64,000 bases of DNA from Bacteroidales bacterium (GTDB lineage Bacteria > Bacteroidota > Bacteroidia > Bacteroidales > UBA12077): assembly GCA_028282585.1 (NCBI GenBank), contig JANQHR010000102.1, positions 1-64,000 on the forward strand. Reading direction: 5' to 3'. Under the pieces are notes generated by a model. The model was not told the DNA's origin, made no database searches, and worked only from the letters and a program-made list of their open reading frames with translations. Positions 29,663-38,826 of this stretch are shown here, piece after piece. The position numbers and the translations under genes were made by a program. Numbering within the stretch: the first letter of the stretch is position 1; every line of letters starts with the position of its first letter.

Positions 29663-30388
29663 TCAAATTCCCATTTTTTTAAAATGACTTTCAATTTCTT
29701 TTGTTTTTAGAACTTTTACATTGGTAACAAGAAACTTGTCGTGTATAAAATCACCATAATTATTGGATTCTTTAATTGCTGTTTTTACAACCTCATTTAT
29801 AGAAACATCAATTGGAATTAATCCAAGAATTGAGAAGTAAGCATCTAAATAACTGAGCTTTTCAATCACAGAACTGTGTGCATTGAAAGATATTTCAAAT
29901 TCGGTTTGAAGTACTCTCATTTGTATATCCTGTATTTCAGTACCCTCCTTAAATTTACAAACAATAAAATATCTAAGTTTCTCCCCTTTGCCTCCTAAAC
30001 CAGTTGAAATAAATACCTGCTGTTCATCCAAAAAATGTGTTTCCAGGCTTATTCTGCTATGTTGTAATGAAAGTATTGCCCATGCATAAAGATTTTCTTG
30101 TTTTGTTTCAATGAATTTTTCTATAATTCGGTATGCCTTAGGATCTTCAGTATTCGATAATTCGGCTAAAAGCGTTTTCTTTTCTTCCTCACTTACTTTA
30201 TCATCAAATAATTTAAATTCATCAGCCAAAACTTCCTGATTTAATCTTTTTTCTTTCATTAACTCATTTACTAGCTCGAAAAACTCAACCTGAAGTTCTA
30301 CATTAATCTGCTCTTCAAGGATATTGTATTTACCTCCGGAATCTTCCAAAAGCTTTTTTAATTGATTATATATATTATCCTGTTCCAT
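29663..30388 (-). CDS. Conserved hypothetical protein
   Basis: 241-aa ORF, FISTGLGGKGEKLRYF motif; TAAGTTTG -7 box at 30406-13. Confidence 0.7.
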   Translation of the reverse strand: MEQDNIYNQLKKLLEDSGGKYNILEEQINVELQVEFFELVNELMKEKRLNQEVLADEFKLFDDKVSEEEKKTLLAELSNTEDPKAYRIIEKFIETKQENLYAWAILSLQHSRISLETHFLDEQQVFISTGLGGKGEKLRYFIVCKFKEGTEIQDIQMRVLQTEFEISFNAHSSVIEKLSYLDAYFSILGLIPIDVSINEVVKTAIKESNNYGDFIHDKFLVTNVKVLKTKEIESHFKKMGI

Positions 30389-30557
30389 TGATAGTTTTCC
30401 TTAGGCAAACTTAAGACTTTAATTTGTTTAAACTAGCCTAATTTAGAACAAATGCAGTTATTGTATGTTTAAAATACCAAACTTTAGGTATTGCCGATTC
30501 TAATAAAAAACCTAATTTTGTCGGTTTCAATTAGTATCAGCAGACAATAAATTCAGC

Positions 30558-33002
30558 ATGAGATTATCAGATCTAAAAGATAACGAATCAGGATATATAA
30601 CTAAAATTCGTGGACGTGGAGCTTTTCGAAAACGTATTACCGAAATGGGATTTGTTAAAGGCAAAAAGGTTACAGTTATTAAAAATGCTCCTTTAAAAGA
30701 TCCTGTTGAATACAATATAATGGGATACGAAGTTTCCCTTCGAAGAAGAGAAGCTGATCTTATTGATGTAATTACAAAAGAAGAGGCCCAAAATCTTAAA
30801 TTAACAGAATTTAATGGTGTTATTACAGAAGAAGTTCTTAAAACATCAGCGAGGAAAAAAGAAAAAGAAATCCAGATTGCCCTGGTTGGCAACCCAAATT
30901 GCGGAAAAACGACCGTTTTTAATTATGCATCCAAGTCAAAAGAAAAAGTTGGAAATTATAGCGGAGTAACCGTCGATTCTAAAACTGCACATTTTAAAAT
31001 TGATGATTATACTTTAAAAATAACTGATTTGCCAGGTACGTATTCCATATCGGCTTATTCGCCAGAAGAACTGTATGTGCGTAAATATATATTTGGAGAA
31101 ATGCCCGATATTGTAATCAATATTGTTGATGCTTCAAACCTGGAAAGAAATCTATATCTTACAACGCAATTAATCGATATGGACATTAAGGTAATTATTG
31201 CCTTAAATATGTACGATGAGTTGCGTACAAAGGGTGATGAATTTGATTTTGAATCATTGGGAAAAATGATTGGTATTCCGATTATTCCTACTATTGGATC
31301 AAAAGGATATGGAGTTAAAGATCTATTTAAGAAAGCAATAGAAGTTTATGAAGATCAAGAACCTACGGTTCGACACATTCACATCAATTACGGTAAAGAT
31401 GTAGAAAAATCCATTCGCAAAATTCAAAATATACTTTGGGAAGATGAAAAACGTGCAGAACTTATTTCAACCAGATTTTATGCCTTAAAACTACTCGAAA
31501 AAGACAGTTCTGCTCATACAACATTAAAATCATGGGAAAATTATGAATCAATTAAAACTATTGCCGAAAAGGAAATTAAATCGCTTGAAAATTTAATTAA
31601 TGATGATAGTGAAACTATAATAGCCGATGCAAAATACGGATTCATTGCAGGAGCTCTTAAAGAAACTTACAAAGGCAATGTTCATAACAGAAAAAAGAAA
31701 ACCGAAAAAATAGACAGTTTTCTTACCCATAAATACTTAGGATTTCCATTTTTCATTTTATTTCTATGGATCATGTTTCAATCTACTTTTTCTTTAGGAC
31801 AATACCCTATGGATTGGATTGATTATTTAATAGGACTTTTGGGCGATATAGTTAATAACTTTATGGCAGATGGTCCGCTAAAAGATTTAATAATTAATGG
31901 TGCAATTGGAGGTGTTGGAGGTGTTATTATTTTTCTTCCAAATATCCTAATTTTATTTTTCTTTATTTCATTAATGGAAGATACCGGTTATATGGCCCGG
32001 GCAGCTTTTATTATGGACCGAATCATGCACAAAATTGGGTTACATGGAAGATCATTCATTCCATTAGTTATGGGATTTGGTTGTAATGTACCTGCGGTAA
32101 TGGCTACTCGAACGATCGAAAACAAACAAAACAGGTTATTGACTATGTTAATTAACCCTTTTATGTCATGTAGCGCTCGTTTACCGGTTTATGTTCTGAT
32201 AATTTCAGCATTTTTCGTTAAAAACCCGGGATTGGTTTTATTTTCTATTTATATAATTGGGATTGCCATGGCCACTATTGTTGCCATTATTTTTAAAAAA
32301 ACCTTATTTAAATCAAAAGAAATTCCTTTTGTAATGGAATTACCTCCATATAGAATTCCAACTTTACGAAACTTACTACGCCATATGTGGTTCAAAGGAG
32401 CTCAATACTTAAAAAAAATGGGCGGAATTATTTTGGTTGCTTCAATATTAGTTTGGGCATTGGGTTATTATCCAAAAAATGTTGAATATACAATGGATTA
32501 CGACACACAAATTGCAGAAATTCAATCTAAGAATCTTACAAATGGAAATGCAAAAATTGAAGAACTTCTTATGCAAAAAACATCTGAAGAACAGGCTCAT
32601 TCATACATAGGGAGAATTGGTAAGTTTATTGAACCAGTTATGAGACCGTTGGGGTTTGATTGGAAAATGAGTGTAAGTATTCTATCAGGGGTTGCGGCTA
32701 AAGAAATTGTAGTAAGCACTATGGGGGTTCTTTATCAGGCTGAAGATGATGAAAGCTCAAATAATTTAATGAATCGTTTACAAAACGAAAAAGATAAAGA
32801 TGGAAATCCGATTTTTACTCCATTAGTTGCTTTTGGATTCCTTATTTTTATTTTGATCTATTTCCCTTGCGTAGCGGTAGTTGCAGCAATAAAAAAAGAA
32901 TCAGGACACTGGAAATGGGCAATTTTTACGGTGTTTTACACAACATTTTTAGCTTGGTTTATGTCTTTTTTAATATACCAGATAGGATCAATTTTTATGT
33001 AA
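30558..33002 (+). CDS. feoB: Ferrous iron transporter FeoB with N-terminal FeoA domain
   Basis: FeoA (EMGF, APLKDP); GNPNCGKT, DLPGTYS, LNMYDE; gate motifs GFGCNVPA, FMSCSARLP, YFPC; -7 box TAATTTTG 30513-20. Confidence 0.96.
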   Translation: MRLSDLKDNESGYITKIRGRGAFRKRITEMGFVKGKKVTVIKNAPLKDPVEYNIMGYEVSLRRREADLIDVITKEEAQNLKLTEFNGVITEEVLKTSARKKEKEIQIALVGNPNCGKTTVFNYASKSKEKVGNYSGVTVDSKTAHFKIDDYTLKITDLPGTYSISAYSPEELYVRKYIFGEMPDIVINIVDASNLERNLYLTTQLIDMDIKVIIALNMYDELRTKGDEFDFESLGKMIGIPIIPTIGSKGYGVKDLFKKAIEVYEDQEPTVRHIHINYGKDVEKSIRKIQNILWEDEKRAELISTRFYALKLLEKDSSAHTTLKSWENYESIKTIAEKEIKSLENLINDDSETIIADAKYGFIAGALKETYKGNVHNRKKKTEKIDSFLTHKYLGFPFFILFLWIMFQSTFSLGQYPMDWIDYLIGLLGDIVNNFMADGPLKDLIINGAIGGVGGVIIFLPNILILFFFISLMEDTGYMARAAFIMDRIMHKIGLHGRSFIPLVMGFGCNVPAVMATRTIENKQNRLLTMLINPFMSCSARLPVYVLIISAFFVKNPGLVLFSIYIIGIAMATIVAIIFKKTLFKSKEIPFVMELPPYRIPTLRNLLRHMWFKGAQYLKKMGGIILVASILVWALGYYPKNVEYTMDYDTQIAEIQSKNLTNGNAKIEELLMQKTSEEQAHSYIGRIGKFIEPVMRPLGFDWKMSVSILSGVAAKEIVVSTMGVLYQAEDDESSNNLMNRLQNEKDKDGNPIFTPLVAFGFLIFILIYFPCVAVVAAIKKESGHWKWAIFTVFYTTFLAWFMSFLIYQIGSIFM

Positions 33003-33003
33003 C

Positions 33004-33177
33004 ATGGATATTCAGGAAATTATTGTAAGTATCTTATTAATTACTTGTATTATTTATATTTTTTACAATATCGTAAAGCTTTTCATACCCAAAAAAGAAG
33101 AAGCATGCGGTTGTTCCTCTTGCGATTTCAAAACAAAAATCGATGATCTAAAAACACTTTCCAAAAATTTAAAATAA
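33004..33177 (+). CDS. FeoB-associated Cys-rich small membrane protein (57 aa, not in ORF track)
   Basis: MDIQEIIVSILLITCIIYIFYNIVKLFIPKKEEACGCSSCDFKTKIDDLKTLSKNLK; starts 2 bp after the feoB stop. Confidence 0.85.
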   Translation: MDIQEIIVSILLITCIIYIFYNIVKLFIPKKEEACGCSSCDFKTKIDDLKTLSKNLK

Positions 33178-33251
33178 ATTAACTACTCTGTAATTCCAAA
33201 TAACTTGAAATATTTATATTTTTAGCTTTTAAAACTATTAATGTAATAATT

Positions 33252-33749
33252 ATGGATTATTTATTATTAGGAGTTGGTATTATCCTAATTATTGTTGGGA
33301 TTTTAGGTTGTGTATTACCAATTATCCCAGGCCCGCCAATTAGTTTTATTGGAATACTAGTTTTACATTATACAAGATTTGCAGACTATTCTTCCAGGTT
33401 TTTATGGATTGCTGCTGGATTAGCTGCTCTTGTTACCGTATTAGATTATATAGTTCCAATTTGGGGAACCAAAAAGTTTGGAGGGTCCAAAGCCGGAATG
33501 TGGGGAGCAACCATTGGGATGATCATTGGAATGATATTTATGGGGCCATTAGGCCTTATTATTGGCCCATTGGTTGGAGCTATTATTGGAGAATCAATTA
33601 AAGGAGCTGAACGCAGAGATGCTATTAAAGCCGGTTTTGGTGCATTCGTAGGTTTCTTGTTGGGAATTGGGATGAAGTTAGCCGTATCAATATATATAAC
33701 CTGGCACTTCTTTAAGCCTGTTGGAGTGTATATAAAAGAAATGTTTTAA
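33252..33749 (+). CDS. DUF456-family membrane protein
   Basis: LPIIPGPP, GTKKFGGSKAGMWGA, IIGPLVGAIIGE. Confidence 0.88.
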   Translation: MDYLLLGVGIILIIVGILGCVLPIIPGPPISFIGILVLHYTRFADYSSRFLWIAAGLAALVTVLDYIVPIWGTKKFGGSKAGMWGATIGMIIGMIFMGPLGLIIGPLVGAIIGESIKGAERRDAIKAGFGAFVGFLLGIGMKLAVSIYITWHFFKPVGVYIKEMF

Positions 33750-33753
33750 TTAT

Positions 33754-34113
33754 ATGAGTCCAAAAGAGTTAATTCATAAATGGGTAGAAGCTTTCAATGA
33801 AGCGAACACTGAAAAAATTGCAGATTTCTATCATGAAGATGCTATTAACCATCAGGTTGCAAACGAACCTATTATTGGTAAAAAAGCAATAAAAGAAATG
33901 TTTGAGAATGAGTTTGCTTCTGCTAAAATGGTTTGTATTATAGAAAATATATTTGAAGATGGTAATTGGGCAATTTTAGAGTGGAAAGATCCGTTAGGAT
34001 TGCGCGGTTGTGGATTCTTTCAAATCATTAATAATAAAATAGTTTTCCAACGAGGATATTGGGATAAGTTATCTTTCTTAAGACAACATAACCTGCCGAT
34101 TCCAAAAGAATAA
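33754..34113 (+). CDS. SnoaL-like/NTF2-family protein
   Basis: FYHEDAINHQ, ILEWKDPLGLRGCGFF, QRGYWD. Confidence 0.85.
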   Translation: MSPKELIHKWVEAFNEANTEKIADFYHEDAINHQVANEPIIGKKAIKEMFENEFASAKMVCIIENIFEDGNWAILEWKDPLGLRGCGFFQIINNKIVFQRGYWDKLSFLRQHNLPIPKE

Positions 34114-34134
34114 TAATTTAATCCGATACCTATT

Positions 34135-35259
34135 TTGAAAAAGTTTATATTAACAATTATCGTCTTCACGTCTCTGGGATTATTTCGTGGTTTTTCAAAT
34201 AATAATTTTGAAATAACTATTTTGACCTGTTCTCCTGGAAAAGAAACATATTCTGCATGGGGTCATAGTGCGGTTAGGGTAGTTGATAAAAGAGCAAATA
34301 TTGATGTTGTCTACAATTTTGGCCTTTTTGATTTTAATACTCCAAACTTTTATCCAAAATTTATTAAAGGCAGACTAGAATATAAATTAGGGATAGAACG
34401 TACACAGGGTTTTTACCATTTATATTTTAAAGAAAACCGCCAGATTATAGAACAAAAACTAAATTTAAGCGATAAAGAAGCAATTAAAATAATACAACGA
34501 TTACAATACCTATATCTTCCGGAAAACAGGTATTATTTGTACCGCTTTGCAGGCAAAAACTGTACTTCAGAATTAAGAGATTTAATTTTAGAAAATATTG
34601 ATACTGATTTTGAAAATAAATTAACAAATAAAACCGTAAGACAACAATTAAATGAATATCTGCAAGACAGGCTATGGCTTAAATTTAGTATGAGTCTCAT
34701 TATGGGTTATAAAGTAGATCGTAAAGTAGATCTTTTTGAAAGTATGTTTCTTCCTGATTATCTGTGTTATGGTTTAAGAGATATTAAAACTGAAAATGGC
34801 AATCTAATAAAAGAGGAAACTATTTTTAATCAACTTTATGATGTTAACAATGGTTATTCATTATTAATCAATCCTTTATTTATTTTATCTATTCTAGCGC
34901 TACTTGTTATTCTATTTAATAAGAAATATATTCAAACTCCTTTTTTAATAATTATTGGGTTAAATGGTTTAGTAATTTTTACTTTGAGCCTAATAACAGA
35001 ACATCCTGAATTAAGATATAATTTAAATCCTTTATGGATTAATCCATTATATTTCCTTATTGTTTTCTTAAAAAACAATTCAAACCTAAAGATATATTTG
35101 ACAATTTTATTACAACTAATGTTATTTGCTATGATTCCAATTTGGTTGTTTAAAATTCAGTATTTCGAATTGACGTATTTACCCATTACTCTAATATTAA
35201 TTATTATTAATTATAGGATTTTATATTTAAATAAAACCAAAATTTTAACCCTTTTTTAA
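34135..35259 (+). CDS. DUF4105 protein (Lnb-type lipoprotein N-acyltransferase family)
   Basis: LTCSPG, WGHSAVRV, YNFGLFDF, NCTS, MFLP, four C-terminal TMs. Confidence 0.8.
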   Translation: MKKFILTIIVFTSLGLFRGFSNNNFEITILTCSPGKETYSAWGHSAVRVVDKRANIDVVYNFGLFDFNTPNFYPKFIKGRLEYKLGIERTQGFYHLYFKENRQIIEQKLNLSDKEAIKIIQRLQYLYLPENRYYLYRFAGKNCTSELRDLILENIDTDFENKLTNKTVRQQLNEYLQDRLWLKFSMSLIMGYKVDRKVDLFESMFLPDYLCYGLRDIKTENGNLIKEETIFNQLYDVNNGYSLLINPLFILSILALLVILFNKKYIQTPFLIIIGLNGLVIFTLSLITEHPELRYNLNPLWINPLYFLIVFLKNNSNLKIYLTILLQLMLFAMIPIWLFKIQYFELTYLPITLILIIINYRILYLNKTKILTLF

Positions 35260-35271
35260 TTTACAAAAAAC

Positions 35272-35712
35272 ATGAACACGGAAACAAAAGAATTTAATTA
35301 TGCAGGTTTTTGGAGACGATTTGCTGCATCAATATTAGACGAAACCATAGTCCTTTTTTTTACTACACTTGCCATCGCCCCTATAATGAATCGTTTTATT
35401 TATGGATTTGGAGGTAACGAAATGATAATACTTATGATTTTGGGAGGAATTTATCTTACCATTTTTAGGTGGTGTTATTTTGCAGGAATGGAAAGCTCTC
35501 CGTTGAAAGCAACTATTGGGAAACTTGCTACAGGTTTATATGTTACAAATGCTTCAGGAGAAAGAATAACATTTGGACAAGCAACTGGAAGATTTTTTGG
35601 CAAAATTATATCAGGATTAATTTTATATATCGGTTATATTATTGCTGCATTTAATTCGAAAAAGCAGGCAGTACATGATTTAATGAGTAACTGCCTTGTA
35701 TTAAAAAAATAA
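35272..35712 (+). CDS. RDD-family membrane protein
   Basis: YAGFWRRFAASILD, ATIGK, KQAVHDLM. Confidence 0.92.
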   Translation: MNTETKEFNYAGFWRRFAASILDETIVLFFTTLAIAPIMNRFIYGFGGNEMIILMILGGIYLTIFRWCYFAGMESSPLKATIGKLATGLYVTNASGERITFGQATGRFFGKIISGLILYIGYIIAAFNSKKQAVHDLMSNCLVLKK

Positions 35713-35737
35713 AACAACTAACAAAACTTTAAAATAC

Positions 35738-35768
35738 GAAAGGGAGTCTTTTAACAGTCTCCCTTTTC
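35738..35768. terminator. Intrinsic terminator between convergent genes
   Basis: GAAAGGGAG...CTCCCTTTTC. Confidence 0.7.
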
Positions 35769-35795
35769 ATTTTATTTATTTCAAAATTCACTTAC

Positions 35796-36797
35796 TTATG
35801 CTCCTAACGTAGCAACCATAACAGCTTTAATGGTATGCATTCTGTTTTCTGCTTCATCAAATACAATTGATGCCGGAGATTCGAATACCTCCTCTGTAAC
35901 TTCCATACCGTCTAAACCAAATTTTTGGTATATTTCTTCTCCAACTTTAGTTTCTCTGTTATGAAATGCTGGCAAGCAATGCATGAACTTGCATTTCGGG
36001 TTTCCTGTAGCATCCATCATTGCTTTGTTAACCTGGTAAGGTTTTAATAATTCGATTCTTTCTTTCCATACCTCATCTGCTTCTCCCATTGATACCCAAA
36101 CATCAGTGTAAATGAAATCACAACCTTTTACTCCTTCTTCAACATTATCAGTAACAATTATTTCAGCACCAGTCTCTTGCGCAATTTCATTAGCTTGACC
36201 AACTAACTCATCCGTTGGTTGAACGCTCTTAGGAGCAACTGAACGGAATTTCATTCCCATCTTAGCAGCACCAATCATTAATGAGTTACCCATGTTATTT
36301 CTGGCATCGCCAACATAAGCAAAAGTAATTTGATGTAATGGCTTATCAGAGTGTTCTATCATTGTTAAGAAATCAGCTAAAATTTGAGTTGGATGGAATT
36401 CATTTGTTAAACCATTCCATACAGGAACTCCAGCATATTTTCCTAATTCTTCAACAACTTCCTGTCCGAATCCACGATATTCTATACCATCATACATTCT
36501 TCCCAATACCCTTGCGGTATCAGCCATTGATTCTTTACCTCCTATTTGTGATCCTGATGGACCTAAATAAGTAACATGAGCTCCTTGATCGTAAGCAGCA
36601 ACTTCAAATGCACAACGAGTACGAGTTGAAGACTTCTCGAAAATTAAAGCAATATTTTTTCCTGTTAATCTTGGTTGTTCAGTACCGCTATATTTAGCTT
36701 TTTTAAGATCTGCAGAAAGATCTAATAAAAACTTGATTTCTTGTGGAGTAAAATCTAAAAGCTTTAGAAAATTTCTATTTCTTAAATTAAATGCCAT
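35796..36797 (-). CDS. argF: Ornithine carbamoyltransferase (probably catabolic ArcB type)
   Basis: [30 protein letters not shown]; directly downstream of carbamate kinase. Confidence 0.95.
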   Translation of the reverse strand: MAFNLRNRNFLKLLDFTPQEIKFLLDLSADLKKAKYSGTEQPRLTGKNIALIFEKSSTRTRCAFEVAAYDQGAHVTYLGPSGSQIGGKESMADTARVLGRMYDGIEYRGFGQEVVEELGKYAGVPVWNGLTNEFHPTQILADFLTMIEHSDKPLHQITFAYVGDARNNMGNSLMIGAAKMGMKFRSVAPKSVQPTDELVGQANEIAQETGAEIIVTDNVEEGVKGCDFIYTDVWVSMGEADEVWKERIELLKPYQVNKAMMDATGNPKCKFMHCLPAFHNRETKVGEEIYQKFGLDGMEVTEEVFESPASIVFDEAENRMHTIKAVMVATLGA

Positions 36798-36826
36798 AAT
36801 TGTAAGTTTTAAAAAATTTATAATTA

Positions 36827-37789
36827 TTAATCTTCGTATTCCATTGTAATTTTAGTACCGTATTTACGATCTTCCAGTTTAGTACTTTCTGTTATAACGC
36901 TTTTCCTGCCTCCATTTTTAACAAAATCTATACAAGCCTGAATTTTTGGAGCCATACTTCCTTTTGCAAATTGTCCTTCCTCCATATATTTTTCGGCATC
37001 GGCAACACTTAGGAATTCCTTCATTTCTTCATTTTCTTTTTTGAAGTTGATGTAAACATAAGGAACATCCGTTAAGATGTAGAACTCATCAGCCTTGATT
37101 CTTGCTCCTAATAATGAAGATGCAGCATCTTTGTCAATTACAGCTTCTGCAGGGCGTACATCATTTTTTTCATCAATATAAACCGGAACACCGCCACCAC
37201 CAACAGCAATAACAATATTACCTTCCCGAGCTAATTTTTCAATAATATCCTGATTCATAATTCCTTTTGGTTTTGGTGAAGGAACAACTCTTCTCCACCC
37301 ACCATCAGCTTTAACTTCTTCTTTAAATTCCCAACCCTTATCAGCTGCTAATTTATCAGCTTCTTCCTTTTTATAAATTTTTCCTACTCGCTTTTGCGGA
37401 TCTTTAAAAGCAGGATCATCTTTGTCTACTATTACCGAAGTAACAACAGGTACAACGTTTTTATCTATTCCATGTTTCTTAAGAACATTTCTTAACATTC
37501 GCTCAATCATGTAACCGATTCCACCTTGAGAATCAGCAACACAAATGTCTAATGGCATTTGTGGAATATTATACATTTGTTCTCCGGCGTCATTTCGCAT
37601 CAAAATATTACCAACTTGAGGTCCATTTCCATGTCCAATGATAATATCATAGCCTTCTTTAATCATATACACTATATTCTCAAGCGTATCAAAAGTGTTT
37701 TGTTCTTGTTCTTCAATAGTTCCTATTTGGTTACCGCGCAAAAGAGCATTACCTCCCAATGCAACTACAGCTAACTTGTTCATATTCAT
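36827..37789 (-). CDS. arcC: Carbamate kinase
   Basis: [42 protein letters not shown]. Confidence 0.96.
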   Translation of the reverse strand: MNMNKLAVVALGGNALLRGNQIGTIEEQEQNTFDTLENIVYMIKEGYDIIIGHGNGPQVGNILMRNDAGEQMYNIPQMPLDICVADSQGGIGYMIERMLRNVLKKHGIDKNVVPVVTSVIVDKDDPAFKDPQKRVGKIYKKEEADKLAADKGWEFKEEVKADGGWRRVVPSPKPKGIMNQDIIEKLAREGNIVIAVGGGGVPVYIDEKNDVRPAEAVIDKDAASSLLGARIKADEFYILTDVPYVYINFKKENEEMKEFLSVADAEKYMEEGQFAKGSMAPKIQACIDFVKNGGRKSVITESTKLEDRKYGTKITMEYED

Positions 37790-38023
37790 TAATTTATATG
37801 TTAATATTAATTAGGTTTACAAATCTATGAAAAAAAATCATTTCAAAATTAGAAAATATATATTCTTTAATATGTTAAGAAACAACCTTTGAACGAATGT
37901 TTTAAGTTGTTAATCAAAAGAATTAGTATTTACTTAAAGTATTGACTTTGATTTTTTCTTTTCTTTAACTATTTTTAGTAACTATTTTACAATTTATTTG
38001 GGTTCAACCCTTAAAAGGCGTAT

Positions 38024-38710
38024 ATGAGAAACAGATTATTAATTATTATTTTGCTGGTTTTCATTGCTTTATATTCATGCGAAAAAAAGCAACAAAAAGA
38101 CCGAATTAAGGAAGGATACATTGAATATGACATAGAATATTTGGATGAATCGATGGACAGTTTTATGAAGGGTCTATTGCCAAAGAAAATGGTTATTAAG
38201 TTTAAAGATAACAATACAATTAATAAAATTGAAGGATTCTCAGGAATAGTAAGCTTTACTCATATACAAAATTATCGCGAAAGAAAAAACATTACATTGG
38301 TTAAAGTACTGAATAAAAAGTATAAATACATTGAAAAAATAAATGATAGTTCACTTTTCTTTGAAGATCTACCCGGCTTAAAAATAGAAGAACAAGATAC
38401 TATTGTAGAAATTTGCGGTTTTAAAAGTAAGAAAGCTAAAATCGTTCTTCCGAATTCTAATGTTAAACCTTTCTATATTTATTATACGGATGACATAATT
38501 ATAAATAACGTAAACGTCCAGACACCTTTTAAATCTATTGATGGTGTATTATTAGAGTTTCAAATTAAACTGTATGACATGCCAATGAAATTAACAGCGA
38601 AAAAAATTCAGGCTGCAAAAGTTTCAGCAGAGCATTTTGAAATACCTGAAGGATATGAGAGTATTAATAAGAAAACGATGGCTGAAATCATTGACCTCCT
38701 AAAGCAATAA
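38024..38710 (+). CDS. Lipoprotein, GLPGLI/DUF4412-like
   Basis: Lipobox LYSC; EICGFKSKKA, IDGVLLEF, FEIPEGY. Confidence 0.65.
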   Translation: MRNRLLIIILLVFIALYSCEKKQQKDRIKEGYIEYDIEYLDESMDSFMKGLLPKKMVIKFKDNNTINKIEGFSGIVSFTHIQNYRERKNITLVKVLNKKYKYIEKINDSSLFFEDLPGLKIEEQDTIVEICGFKSKKAKIVLPNSNVKPFYIYYTDDIIINNVNVQTPFKSIDGVLLEFQIKLYDMPMKLTAKKIQAAKVSAEHFEIPEGYESINKKTMAEIIDLLKQ

Positions 38711-38826
38711 TTAATACAATTAACGTTTCTTATATAAATTTAATTTTCTAATAAATTATTATGTTTATTTATGTTACTTTGCAGTAAATTTAATACTCCA
38801 AGGTATTCAATTGTTAAATATATTCA

